64,000 nt of DNA from Anolis carolinensis. Its lineage: Eukaryota. The first letter of the stretch is position 1, and each line of letters starts with the position of its first letter. Shown in pieces: positions 12,678-24,621 of this stretch. The position numbers and the translations under genes were made by a program. The stretch is from NCBI RefSeq assembly GCF_035594765.1, contig NC_085844.1:103493923-103557922 (forward strand), written 5' to 3'. The notes beneath the pieces were generated by a model. The model did no database searches. It was not told the origin of the DNA and saw nothing but the letters and a program-made list of their open reading frames with translations.

Positions 12678-12960
12678 CAGTCCAACAAACTTTTTCATGG
12701 TGTCTGTTCTTAGGGTATTTAGGGCACTGACTGAGATAATTGCATTGGATAGACTACATGAGTTCTAGTTTCTTAGAGAAAGTTATCTCTATTGCCCATT
12801 TTCTATGGGCAAGCAGATGGCAGTTGGTATATGTTATACGTTCTATATCTCAAAAAGTAGAGCTGATAGGGGAAACTGCTTCCATTTTTGAAATTAGCAG
12901 ATAAAATATACTCAGAAACATGTTTAACATTTGATGCACCCAATGTTATTGATAGCTGTC
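12678..12960. mobile_element. DNA-transposon MITE, possibly Chapaev-like (degraded)
   Basis: CAGTCCAACAAA start and TGTTATTGATAGCTG end. Internal GGGTATTTAGGGCACTGA and AAAAAGTAGAGCTGAT resemble recalled reptile Chapaev3 MITEs. Confidence 0.4.
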
Positions 12961-13775
12961 ACGGTAGACTAGAAAAGGAGGTGCCTCAACTGTGAGCACA
13001 TTTTCTGTATTTAACCTTACAAACCTTATCATTGTTTCATTATTCGATGTTTACTCAGATTCTGAGATCCAGAGCTGAAGTCAAAAATCTGGATTGGAGA
13101 CTCCAGATGTTGTTGGACCACAAATCCCATCAGCCCTAGTCAACACTGATGGAGAAAACACTAAAAGTGAAAAACATTGCCTTCATCTGTTTTAAGATTA
13201 CCATTTCCCTCCTACTACTTCCTGTCCTAGCTTTTTGTTTATCCACAAGAAAAAGATTTCTCTAGCTTACTGGTGGGATGAATAATTACATTTCTTTGAA
13301 AAATAATTTATCTTCCAATACCTTTTGCTGGTTTCAATAAAGATGAAGCAACAACCCTGGACTATTACTGACATTGAATTACAGTATGCATTTTCTTTTT
13401 CAGTAAGTTGAAGCCAAGGGATGGATGGATACACACACACACAGAGGGAGAGAGAGATTGAGAGGGAGAGAGAAACAGAATGTGTTGTATGTACGAATAT
13501 GATTCACAAGTGAATTCATCCAGAAGAATTGTGTAGGAAGTGATAAGATATAAGCAGGCGAACCTATAGTTCCTGTTCCTGGAGCCAAACTCTCTGAATA
13601 CATTTTTTCAATGTGGGATGCTAAATCTAATTGGAGTAGTTACCCCTTGACTTAAACTTTTTTATTTAATATTCTCATTGGATTCATTTGAACATAGTGA
13701 TGGTGAGTTCTGTGCATTAATAAATAGGTGATAATTTGTGAAAAATAAAAACAAGTTTTCCCATTTTGTCATGTA

Positions 13776-13919
13776 AAGATAAAGCTTTCCCCCTGACATT
13801 AAGTCTAGTTGTGTCCGACTCGGGCTTGGTACTCAACTCCATTTCTAAGCCAAAGAACCGGCATGGTCCATAGACACTTTCATGGTCATGTGGCCGGCAT
13901 GACTGCATGAAGCGCCGTT
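13776..13919 (-). mobile_element. Sauria SINE 3' fragment
   Basis: Reverse complement of the 3' half of 15006-15300. TSD ATGTA. Confidence 0.88.
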
Positions 13920-13939
13920 ATGTAGAACACAGTAAATGA

Positions 13940-14261
13940 GGACACATCTACACTGACCACTTAAGATTCTTCCTCTCCCCCTCCCCCCTTGACTCATCAT
14001 CCCACCTGACATCATTGCAGGCAAACAACCAACAGGTAGGACTTGTGTCATGGACAGATTGCTGTGACACAGAGGGCAAGGGAGGACAGGACAGGTGGAT
14101 GAATGGTGGTGTTGGACAATGTTTGGCACCACTGGGCCATGGGGATCACACCTGCAGCAGCTGGACAACTCCTTGTGTGACTTATAGCTGGGGCTGATCT
14201 GACAAACAACATGCTTTATGTCAGATCATTGGTACTGCTATTGGTCAGTGTGTATCTTCCC
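13940..14261. mobile_element. PIF/Harbinger-like element (older)
   Basis: TIRs GGACACATCTACACTGACCA / TGGTCAGTGTGTATCTTCCC with TGA on both sides. Confidence 0.65.
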
Positions 14262-14298
14262 TGAATAACTGGGCTGTGCTCAGGAGGTCCTTATTATT

Positions 14299-14760
14299 TA
14301 TTTATTTATTTACAGTATTTATATTCCGCCCTTCTCACCCCAAAGGGGATTCAGGGCGGATCACATTATACACACATAGGGCAAACATTCAATGCCCATA
14401 AACACATCAAACAGAGACCGAGACAGACAGACACAGAGGCAATTTAACCTTCTCCTGAGGGGATGTTCGATTCTGACCACAGGGGGAGCAGCTGCTTCAC
14501 CATCCACTCTGACCGTATTTCCTCATTCCAAGTCGTAAATTAGTTAAACTTGCCTCCCCACTTTTATAAGTGGTACCTTATTTCCTACTTGATAGATGCA
14601 ACTGTCTTTCGGGTTGCTAGGTCAGCAACGAGCAGGGGCTATTTTTTATTTTTAATTGACGGGTGCTCACCCCGCCACAGGATGGCCTCGAACTCATGAC
14701 CTCATGGTCAGAGTGATTTATTGCAGCAGGCTGCTCAACAGCCTGCGCCACAGCCCGGCC
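14299..14760 (-). mobile_element. Full-length tRNA-headed SINE with L2-type tail (Anolis SINE2-like)
   Basis: Minus strand has A box TGGCGCAGGCTG, B box GTTCGAGGC, and 3' end CCGCCCTGAATCCCC...GAAGGGCGGAATATAAAT(AAAT)n. TSD CCTTATTATT. Confidence 0.88.
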
Positions 14761-15005
14761 CCTTATTATTCTGTTGAAAAGGGTCTCAGGCTGTGTTGTT
14801 ATACAGAATTGGTTTGCAAGTGAGACCAGCCAATGGTCTCATTCAGCACTTCAAGGAACATCTACCCAACTGTATTCATTTATTATTTCTGCACAGAATG
14901 TGCTAATTTTGCAGGCGGGGGGGGGGGGGAATGTCACATTTGAATTTGGTATGGAGAAAGTATGATTAGCAATCAAAGTGTGCAGTTTTTAACATTTTCT
15001 CATAG

Positions 15006-15300
15006 GGAGCCCCCGGTGGCACAATGGGTTAAACCACTGAGTTGCTGAACTTGCTGACCAAAAGAGGTGAGCTCCCGCTGTTAGCCCGAGCTTCTGCCAA
15101 CCTAAGTTTCAAAACATGCAAATGTGAGTAGATCAATAGGTATCGCTCTGGTGAGAAGGTAACAGTGATCCGTGCAGTCATGCTGGCCACATGACCTTGG
15201 AGGTTTCTACTCTTCGGCTTAGAAATGGAGATGAGCACCAACCCCCAGAATCGGACACGATTAAACTTAATGTCAGGGGAAAACCTTTACCTTTACCTTA
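15006..15300 (+). mobile_element. Sauria SINE (near full length, internal deletions)
   Basis: GGAGCCCCCGGTGGCACAATGGGTTAAACC head, Bov-B-like tail ending (ACCTTT)n, TSD CATAG. Confidence 0.92.
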
Positions 15301-15616
15301 CCATAGTGGTAAAATTGCTAGAATTACTTGTGGCTTCTTTCACAAATTGTGGCTAGAATAATGATCTATGATATATAATTTTACATACACATAGTTATGT
15401 AGCAGAAGTTGTGACAAACACTGTTGGTGCATTGTGAATAATCGGACTCTGGCAAGATTATCCTCTACCAATAAGCATAAGTATTCCCTAGCATCTGTCC
15501 CAATGTCAAGTTATCACTTTGACTCCTCTATGTATTTAGTTTTATGTCTAGAATTTAATATTCATTTATGTATTGGATTTATAGTCCATCTTTATCCTAA
15601 AATGGAATTATAGTAC

Positions 15617-15760
15617 AGGTTGAGTATTTCTCATCCAAAATACAGACATGTCTGGTTTTTTCCCCCCCCGATTTTGAATACGTGTATTTGTATATATGTA
15701 CATAATGAGCTATATTGTAGATGGGACCGAAGTTTAAACACATAATTCAGTTATGTTTCG
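15617..15760. mobile_element. Tigger-like MITE fragment
   Basis: TA-CAGGTTGAGTATTTCTCATCCAAAAT terminus, similar to 8690. Confidence 0.45.
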
Positions 15761-17062
15761 ATTGGGACATGGCACGCTGATGTTTGTAGCTTTTTCCTGC
15801 CAGTTTATTCCAGTGCAAGGTGAAAATACAAAAAGGATCTTGCTTCTGATTGTCATGCAGGGCAAAACTATAACTCCCAGGATTCCATAGGATTGAGCTA
15901 TGCCAGTTAAGGTATCAAACTGCATTCATTCTATAGTGTAGATGTACCTTATGTCCTCACAGGTTTTTTGTACAACTTTGTGAGGAACTTGTGCTGGGAG
16001 TTGTGAGAACTCCATAGATAAGGATGTTATAACAAACATTATTATCTATGTCTTTTTTGTAATTAGTTGATTAAGTCATTAAAGTTTTTTTAAAGTTAAC
16101 ATAGACTAAAGCAGGCTACTAGAATAGCAATGTGTTTGCTGGGAACATCCATGGATATGCTGACAAATGGGTATGTTTGTTTTTGTCTCAGCACTTCCAG
16201 AATAAACACAATGGGTTCTTTTGCGGACAGTGAATAGCTTTGGGGTATAGCATCATGTGCCTGAAATAAATCTAATGGCCAAAGGAGCGAGTATTTACAG
16301 TCCAAGATGAGATACTGCCAGCTATCCTTACCTCAAACACATGGAATCATGTCAATATAATTCAACACTACAACTGTGATTTTTGTGCAGAATGGATGTG
16401 AGAAGACGAAGATGCATTTCTTGTTGAAGATAAATGACCTGGCTTTTTAAAAAAGTTGTTCCAATGCAAAAGCAGAAATGAATGAATGGCTCTGCATTGT
16501 AAAACTCTCCTATCAGCTGAAACAATGTGTTCGTGCATTTGCTCATATTCTTTTGCTTGCCTCATTGCTCTCTCTGTGTGTATTATCTGTCCTTGTAAGT
16601 TCCTAAGCCTTGCTTGTGTTAATCTGTAAACTGAACTGGTAGCCACTGATGGTGTTGTAATAATACCAGGGGCAGTAATTGAATCCAACCTGAGTAGACT
16701 TGAATGAAGACTTCTTTATATATTATGTTTCCCTGCTTAGTTGTACTGGATACACCCCACTTCGCTTCCATATGGCATGTTCCAGATAATGTACATTTGA
16801 TGTAAAAAGCACATATGCCATCTTTTATTTTCTGTGAGCCTTCATACATTTGGAAGCATCATGTGTCAAGTAACTTTTAGAACTACTGATATTTACATGA
16901 ACATCATAATTTATTAAGACTGCAAAACTCTTGCAAATTATGTGCATTTGCCTGAGATGGATGACCATAAATAGGCACTTTAGGGCAGATCTACATGGAT
17001 CCATTAATGGGTGGCCATTCTGGCATTGGTGTATGTTGGATCAGCCCTGAGATGGTTTACAC

Positions 17063-17794
17063 CAGGGGTCCCCAAACTAAGGCCCGGGGGCCGGATGCGG
17101 CCCTCCGAGGTCATTTACCTGGCCCCCGCCCTCAGTTTTATAATATAATATATTGTATATACATATAATATTGATAATAATATTATAATGTAATACAATA
17201 TAACACTAATAATAATACAATATAATAATATTAATTATATATTCTATATTACATATAATATTACTAATAATATTACAGTATAGTGGTATAGTTCAATATA
17301 GTAATATATAATGCTAATATTGTGCTATGCTAATAATATAATATATTGTATGTACATATAATTTGTAAGCCACTCTGAGTCCCCTTTGGGGTGAGAAGGG
17401 TGTGATACAAATGTAGTAAATAAATGCAGTAAATAAATAATAAATAAATTTTAGACTTAGGCTCACCCAAAGTCTGAAATGACTTGAAGGCAAACAACAA
17501 CAACAACAACAACAACAACCCTAATTAACTTGACTATCTCATTGGCCAGAAGCAGGACCACACTTCCCATTGAAATCCTGATAAATGTATGTTAGTTAAA
17601 ATTGTTTTTATTTTTAAATATCGTATTGTTCTTTCATTGTTGTTGTTGTTGTTGTTGTTGTTTTTGCACTACAAATAAGACATATGCAGTGTGCATCGGA
17701 ATTTGTTTGTATTTTTTTCAAATGATAATCCGGCCCCTCAACAGTCTGAAGGATTGTGGACCGGCCCTTGGCTTAAAAAGTTTGAGGACCCCTG
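17063..17794 (+). mobile_element. hAT (Charlie/OC1-like) composite MITE, copy 1
   Basis: TIRs CAGGGGTCCCCAAACT / AGTTTGAGGACCCCTG and perfect 8-bp TSD GTTTACAC. Carries the AT-rich cassette at 17141-17448. Confidence 0.95.
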
Positions 17795-18361
17795 GTTTAC
17801 ACAGTCACTAGGCTTGTGTAATCCAGATAAACCTTGGTCTGTTTTAGTGTCCCAGATTTCTGTGGGGGCCCTGATCCATTTTTTAGGAGTCCCCCGAATT
17901 TGGGAGGACAGAAATCTGTTTTCAATCCAGGAAGCCGAAACATTCATTTTCAATTGGGCCCATTGGCGGCAAGGGTGGGGGAAGGGTTTCCCAGGTTTAA
18001 GGCAAGGACTTAAGACACCTTCCTGCTATTCCTTCCCTTCTTTATTTAGAAGATACCAGGATTTAAGACAAGGGCTTAAGAAATCACCCTTTCTGGAATT
18101 CTTTCCCTTCTAACACTCCATGTGTAACTAAAAGAAACTGAAAGTAGCCGGGTTTTGACAGCCAATGTTCTGTTGTGGCTGATAAAAAATTGGCAGTGGA
18201 GCCCATGCCATTATGGGTGTCTGAACCAACCCAACCAACTGAACCAGCTGAAGACTTTTTAAAAAACTGATTGGTCCATAAGCTTAACAGTTATCTCTTT
18301 GGCAGCTGCAGAAGTAGGACCACCCAGAGGTGCCTAACTCAGTTCAGTGTTTCTGATAACC

Positions 18362-18622
18362 ATCCCATCCCATTTTCTGTGTCATTGTAGTCTCTGGACA
18401 TGACATAGATTCTATCTGGCCACTGTCACCTGCAGTAACATTGCCAGGGGTGCTAGAGCTAAGAGGATGGAGGATGAAGGAGAAGAGGAATTGTCCCCTC
18501 CTTTCTCTCTCCCTTATCCAATCACCTTGGTGCCCTGGCCAATGTCACTCCTGGCAATGAGTGACCAGCAGGCACCATATCACACCTGGAGACTGCTGTG
18601 ACATGAACAATGGGATGGGACA
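18362..18622. mobile_element. Degraded foldback (Harbinger-like) MITE interior
   Basis: Inverted arms CCCATCCCATT...GTCATTGTAGTCTC / GAGACTGCTGTGAC...AATGGGATGGG, and CATTGCCAGGG / CCCTGGCCAATG. Confidence 0.45.
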
Positions 18623-19059
18623 GTAAATGGCATTCCATTTTCCCAGGTTGCCCAAACCTGGAAAATAAGGGATATCTACATGGATAAGCAGTTGTTTCTA
18701 GTTCCATTTCCAAACTAGCCCAACTGTTTATATGGGCCCAAAGTCATGGGTTGCTTCAAATTCTGCCCCAGAACACCATTACTTTGGCTAACACAAGTTA
18801 AGACCACATTAAGGTGGCTTTTCCCAATGCTTTCCTAGACCAACTCTGTGCATAGTTTGGACCCCACTGAGCTGAATCAGAGGCTTTGGGTATTAAGTTG
18901 TCATTGTCTATGTGTCCATTGTTCCATGTTGCCTGGTATTGAATGTTTTTGTAGAGAGGTAAACGTCATATTCCCTCATCCCCAGCAAGTCTATATTGTC
19001 CAATCCAGTAAGAACATTGCCATTGTTGTGGATGTTAGGAGCAGAATATATACAGTATA

Positions 19060-19144
19060 CATCTGGATTATATGACAGTTCAAGGCAGATATTGTAAATT
19101 ATCTGCCTTGATATTCTGGGTTGTATGGCTGTGTGAAAGGGCCC
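19060..19144. mobile_element. Harbinger MITE fragment (3464 family)
   Basis: GCTGTGTGAAAGGGCCC-TAA terminus. Confidence 0.75.
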
Positions 19145-19314
19145 TAAGCTAAAGATAGGACTGCATTGTAAATCTTCATTGCAGTTTTTAGTGAAAGAGT
19201 GGATGGAGTGGATGTGGGAAATGGTGTAAATATAGGAGTGCACATAATACATAGATATAATGTATAATTGAGGGTTAGTCTCAATTACAGTGGGCCATTG
19301 AATCATGGGACCTT

Positions 19315-19710
19315 GGGCCCTTTCACACAGCCAGAATATCAAGGCAGATAAGCACAATATCAAGGAGCCTCTGGTGGCCTAGGAGATAAAAGCCTTGTGA
19401 CTTGAAGGTTGGGTTGCTGACCTGAAGGCTGCCTGGTTCGAATCCCACCCGGGGAGAGTGCAGATGAGCTCCCTCTATCAGCTCCAGCTCCATGCGGGGA
19501 CATGAGAGAAGCCTTCCATAAGGATGGTAAAACATCAAAACATCTAGGCGTCCCCTGGGCAACGTCCTTGCAGATGGCCAATTCTCTCACTCCAGAAGCA
19601 ACTCAGGTTGCTCCTGACAAAAAGAGCACAATATCTACTTTGAACTGGATTATCTGAGTCTACACTGCCATATAATCCAGTTCATTGTGGATTTTATACA
19701 GCTGTGTGGG
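19315..19710. mobile_element. Harbinger MITE (3464 family) interrupted by a SINE
   Basis: GGGCCCTTTCACACAGCC start; MITE sequence resumes at 19625. Confidence 0.82.
19362..19624 (+). mobile_element. tRNA-derived poly-A SINE
   Basis: GGAGCCTCTGGTGGCCTAGG head, GGTTCGAATCCC B box, CTCCTGACAAAAA end, 11-bp TSD AGCACAATATC. Confidence 0.92.
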
Positions 19711-20046
19711 ATCCTTCTTAAATCAATGCTTGAGATCAATTGAATTTATGAATCCACTGCTTTTAGAATAGCAGTAGGATTCAGTACATAACTGTAGAAT
19801 ATTAAGAATTTCTAGAAAACAAGATGAGTGCATGATTATCAGTGATTTACTGCCCATACTAACAAGTAAACAAATCTTCTCTATACAGTTTACTTTCTGA
19901 GTAGCTGACATTATAGAAGAATACATTGTGAAAATGGACTGATTGACCCTATTTTGCCACTTTAAATTACATTTTTTGTTCCTTGTTCTCATTTTTCAAT
20001 TTTCACGAAAAGCACTCTGCAAGAAGGCTTTTGTGCAATTAAGATG

Positions 20047-20750
20047 AGACCCAGCCAGACACCATTGCCCATAATGCGGGAGCTCCTGCGCTTTTACCGG
20101 AGGTGTCCAAACGACATCTCCAGTAAAACCAAATTAGTTCGAGAAAAAGCAGGACATTCTTTCTTTGCCCCAAATTAATTTAATACTTCATTAAATCCAG
20201 GTCTTCCTGAAAGACCCGTGTCTAATGGAGTATGGGCCCTGTGTGAACTGACCCCTCAGTAGTCGTGGGTCTACCGATGGGTCAGTCCGCACAACCCAAT
20301 TTGTTTCTTCAGGCCCTGTGGGCCCAGGGAAGTGAAGAAGGAACCAACCCCCTCCCCAAATCCCCCCTAAAACTTTTAAAATAAAATAAAATCTTACTGA
20401 GCCTCCATTAGGTCTTTCTGCATGCTTCCTGGAACATACCAATGTAGCACTAGGAGATGGGGGATTCGCTCCTGCACCCCCCCCCCCCCCCCGCTTCCTG
20501 GCACTACATTGGTACATTCCAGGAAGCATGCAGAGAGGCCTAATGGTGGACAGGTAAGTTTTTCTTTTATTTTAAAGGTTTTGGAGAGATTTGGATTGTC
20601 CCACTGTAATGCGGTTGTTACCTCACTGCAATGGGGACAACACATGAGAAAGTCTGCTTCTTTTGGGTTCCCTTGCGGACAGTAATGCGGGAGAAAGCGG
20701 GTTACTTTAACCAGTTTTCTCCCATGATAAATTTCTGTTTGGAAAAGGCT
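20047..20750. mobile_element. Harbinger-like non-autonomous element with a large internal palindrome
   Basis: CCAGACA / TGTTTGG type termini. ~105-bp inverted arms at 20356-20463 and ~20488-20594. Confidence 0.55.
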
Positions 20751-21052
20751 GTATTTAGAATTCTCAGTCAGAAATCTCCTTTAGCTTCATCCAACTGCAA
20801 ATGTCAGATTTCCATTGCATGTTAACATGACAGCTAAAATTGTATCATATGTTGCAATTGGACAGTGTGTAAAGACCTCCAGTAGCTGCTTCCCCTCACA
20901 AGGCAAATATGGGTGAACGATGGAGAAGAAATATATAAAAAGGGGAAAATATTAAGAAAAAGGTTTAATTCCCTGCCACAAGGCTGCAAGCATTATCTAT
21001 CCTCCACCACCCCATTTAGGTTTGCCATATTGCACCCAAATTCATTCACTCA

Positions 21053-21099
21053 GGGCCCTTCTACACAGCCATATAACCCATAATATCAAGGCAGATAAT

Positions 21100-21134
<35 letters not shown>

Positions 21135-21449
21135 CAGCATTTATATTCCGCCCTTCTCACCCTGAAGGGGAGTCAGGGCGGATCACATTACACATATAGG
21201 CAAACATTCAATGCCTTTTAACATAGAACAAAGACAAGACAAACACGGGCTCTGAGCGGGCCTCGAACTCATGACCTCCTGGTCAGAGTGATTCATTGCA
21301 GCTGGTTGCAGCTGGCTTGCTCTCCAGCCTGCACCACAGCCCAGGCCCAGATATAATCCCCAATATCTGCTTTGAACTGGGTTATCTGAGTCCACACTGC
21401 CATATAATCTGGTTCAATGTGGATTTTATACAGCTGTGTGGAAGGGGCC
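21053..21449. mobile_element. Harbinger MITE (3464 family) interrupted by a SINE
   Basis: Both TIRs present: GGGCCCTTCTACACAGC / GCTGTGTGGAAGGGGCC. Confidence 0.88.
21099..21347 (-). mobile_element. Internally deleted L2-tailed tRNA SINE
   Basis: Head and tail match 14299-14760; the middle is missing. Confidence 0.85.
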
Positions 21450-21967
21450 ACAGATAAAACAGCATCTTTTAAAAAGTCCCCTCCCCAATAGAAGAGTTCT
21501 GACTAGTTTAGTTTTGTTTGCCTGGAAGTGGTACATTCCTTGTAATGGCAAAATGGGTGTAGATCGACAAAAAGAAAGAGAGGGAGATCGGCAGGGAGAC
21601 AAACTAAGGAGTGGTGCCAGGCTTTCTCAACATTTAAAAAGTGTAACCACTTTCAGTGTTGTGGCACTTATAGCCTCAAACATTACACAATGGTTAGCAT
21701 TGTTAATGACAGGGGAAAGAAAGCATTAATTTTGTGGCGGAGTATTAGACTACAGGGCCTCCTGCAGGGCCCACCAGTTACTTGTTTTGCACAGCTGCTT
21801 TCCCAGTTGGAAGTTCTAAATCAGCGCTGTGAGAACAGACAGAATGACCATCACACACTTACACATGGTGGCAATTTGCCTTTCGCAGATGGAAAGGTAT
21901 TGCTAAATTAACACTCCAGCCTTCTGTTTTCTTACTGACTGATTCCTTTCATTTTGCCCTTTCTCAG

Positions 21968-22176
21968 GGAAATGCATCTACACTGTAAAAGTAATGCAGT
22001 TTGAAGTCATTTTAACTGCCTATCAAATACTGGAATTTGTAATTTGGTTAAAAACCAGCACTTCTAGAGAGAGAAAGATAATAATTTTGTAAAACTACAA
22101 CTTCTATTCCATAGCATTGAGACATAGCAGTAAAAGTGGTGTGAAACTGCATTAATTCTACAGTGTTGATGCACTC
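21968..22176. mobile_element. Older Harbinger-like MITE
   Basis: TIRs TGCATCTACACTGTA / TACAGTGTTGATGCA. Related pieces at ~15860-15950, ~55020-55170 and ~59575-59790. Confidence 0.6.
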
Positions 22177-22248
22177 AGGATCAAATCAGTCTGTGTTTGC
22201 TGTGACTTTCAGATCACTGGAAAGGAAAGGAAGAAAAACAAAGAATAC

Positions 22249-22703
22249 GGCAATGAAGGTCTGTATAGTTAAAGCAATGTTATTCCCTGTAGTAACCTAT
22301 GGATGCAAGAGCTGGATCATAATAAAGGCTGAGCTAAAGAAGATAGATGCTTTTGAACTGTGGTGTTGGAGGAATATTCTGACAGTGCCCTGGACTGCAA
22401 AAAGATCCAACCAGTCCATACTCCAGGAAATAATGCCAGACTGCTCACTGGAGGGAAGGATATTAGAGGCCACATAATAAGACAGGAAAGCTTGGAGTAG
22501 ATAATGATGCTGGGGAAAATGGAAGGAAAAAGGCTGAGTGGCCTAACAAGGGCAAGATGGATGGATGGTATCCTTGAAGTGACTGGCTTAACCTTGAAGG
22601 AGCTGGGGGTGGCGACTGCTGACAGGGAGCTCTGACGTGGGCACGTCCAGGAGGTCACCAAAGAGTTGGAAGCGACTGAACAAAGAAAAAACAAACAAAA
22701 AAA
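22249..22703 (+). mobile_element. RTE/Bov-B-type LINE 3' fragment
   Basis: KVCIVKAMLFPVVTYGCKSW...KIDAFELWCWRNILTVPWTAKRSNQSILQEI is the RTE/Bov-B C-terminus. Confidence 0.9.
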
Positions 22704-23156
22704 ATCCTCTTCTTCAGATGCAGCACAGAGTAATATTAAAGCTTGCAGTTACAGAGTATGTTTATGCAGCTATGGAGGTGGGACACACTGAAATAGACTC
22801 CAGAAATAAGCAAATTATGTCAGTTGCTCTAACTTTTTAAAGGGCAGGGCAAGGTGATATGTGTCTTTCAGATCTTTACAATGGTCAATTACTATTGATA
22901 TGACAACAAAATCTAGAATTCCCCTACCAGCATAGGCATTGACCATGCGGACTGGCAAATCTTATAGTTGTAGTCCAAAGACTCACTGAATCAATCCATC
23001 AACAAGATACTAACGTTCACAGACACACACACTCTCTCCCCCCCCCCCCCCAAATTGTGGAATCTTCTTGGATTTGCAATCAGTTCTCAATTTCACTTTA
23101 TTTTTTTTAAGTCTTGGGGGAGGGGGTTTGGGTGTCTGGGTGTTCTCCCAGAAGGT

Positions 23157-23373
23157 TTTATTATTTCGTATCAAAAACATTGCATAAATTAGTAAAAACT
23201 GATAAAATAGAAGGAGTTCAAGCTGCTAAATATCTTTTGACCAATAACGGACAACAGCGACCGCATTGTCTTTAGCCTTAAACAATTCTTCTTCTGTACA
23301 TGAGGTATGACATTGCAGACAAGCATACAGATGCAGAGTTGTCTATTCTGCTTCACAGTCTCACAAGGTGGTA
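23157..23373 (-). mobile_element. Vingi/Ingi-like (I group) LINE 3' end
   Basis: Minus-strand translation DCEAE*TTLHLYACLQCHTSCTEEELFKAKDNAVAVVRYWSKDI* (CCHC knuckle remnant). Ends TGATACGAAATAA. 9-bp TSD CCAGAAGGT. Confidence 0.72.
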
Positions 23374-24462
23374 CCAGAAGGTACCAGGAGGACATCTAGA
23401 CACCCCCCCCCCACGGAAAGTGTGGTTTTTGGGGCTGGTGTGCAGAGTAAAATTCTCTCCAATCTGATCTGGGTTTTTAAAACCCGGTTCAGTGCAGACG
23501 CTTCCACTGTGTGAAACCAGTCTAAGATTCTAAAGCTGCCTCCTGACATTTCCTGGCCACTATATAGATATGGGGTTGCTGACTTTGCTACAAGATTGGA
23601 AATGAAAAGCACAGTGGGACAAGGGAGGGGAATTTTGTCTGGCTGTGCTTTATACCACAGTGTAATATAGGACCTTAGTCAATATATTAGTTATCTTGAA
23701 TGCCACTTTTAATGGAAAGACAGGAGCAATTACAATAATCTCTGCTATTGGGCATCCCCCACTTATTTGATAGATTAGAAACCACAAAATAGTTGAAATC
23801 TTCAGCCCAGTCTTTGAGACAGCTGGGGTGGTTGTAAGGCTGCTATGAGCACAAGGAACTGGCTCATGCAATAGGAAGGCATGGGTTAGGAGAAGAGGAG
23901 GAGTAATGGATGTATGTGGGTGGTGGATGGGATAAGGAAAACAAAGCTGAGGCCCTTTCTACACTAAAAAAGAAAATGGGTTCCCTGGAACTACAAAGAC
24001 AAGTATCCACTATTATAGTAATACAGAAATCATTAAACCTAAATTTAGTTCAATACATCAATATGAAAACAGATACAAAAGGTGTTGTTAAACAATCAAA
24101 CAAAGGACTGTTACATTCACATTCATAAACAATAAAGAGTCTTCCTCAGGTGGATTTTAGTCCTTTTTTTCAGTTGGTTTTTTTTTGAGTTTTTTTTTAA
24201 AATGTGGATCAGAAAGATCTAAGTTTTAAACACGCATACTCTGCAAACAGTTTGATTCCAATGCGAGTATTGAGTTGAAACCGGTTGTGGTTTTGCAGTC
24301 TACTATCCATAATAAAGAAACAAGAACAATCATTATATATAAGAAGAGGACTCAATTTGTGTATGTGGAACAATCAAAGAACTAAAGAACATTTATTGTT
24401 TATGAGAAGAGGAGTAAATTCATCTTTTAAGAGAAAAATATTGTTTCTACTGTGAATGTAAC

Positions 24463-24610
24463 AGCCCCTTCTACACTGCCATATAAAATCAAGATTATCT
24501 GCTTTGAACTGGATTATATGGCAGTTTATATTCATATAATTTAGTTCAAAGCAGATAACGTGGATTATCTGATTTGATAATCTGGATTATATGGCAGTGT
24601 AGAAGGGTCC
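24463..24610. mobile_element. Harbinger MITE
   Basis: TIRs CCCTTCTACACTGCCATATAA / TTATATGGCAGTGTAGAAGGG. Confidence 0.85.
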
Positions 24611-24621
24611 TGAATTAGGTT

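Noticed and set aside
12808-12825. CTCF-like CAAGCAGATGGCAG
   Set aside because: Mismatch at a core position and located inside a degraded MITE.
16368-16688. 106-aa minus-strand ORF with a protein-like look
   Set aside because: No ATG start, no recognised domain and no clear splice sites. It may be non-coding conserved DNA, but I cannot support that.
19362-19450. tRNA genes at SINE heads (A/B boxes)
   Set aside because: All continue into SINE bodies with TSDs; no intact cloverleaf seen.
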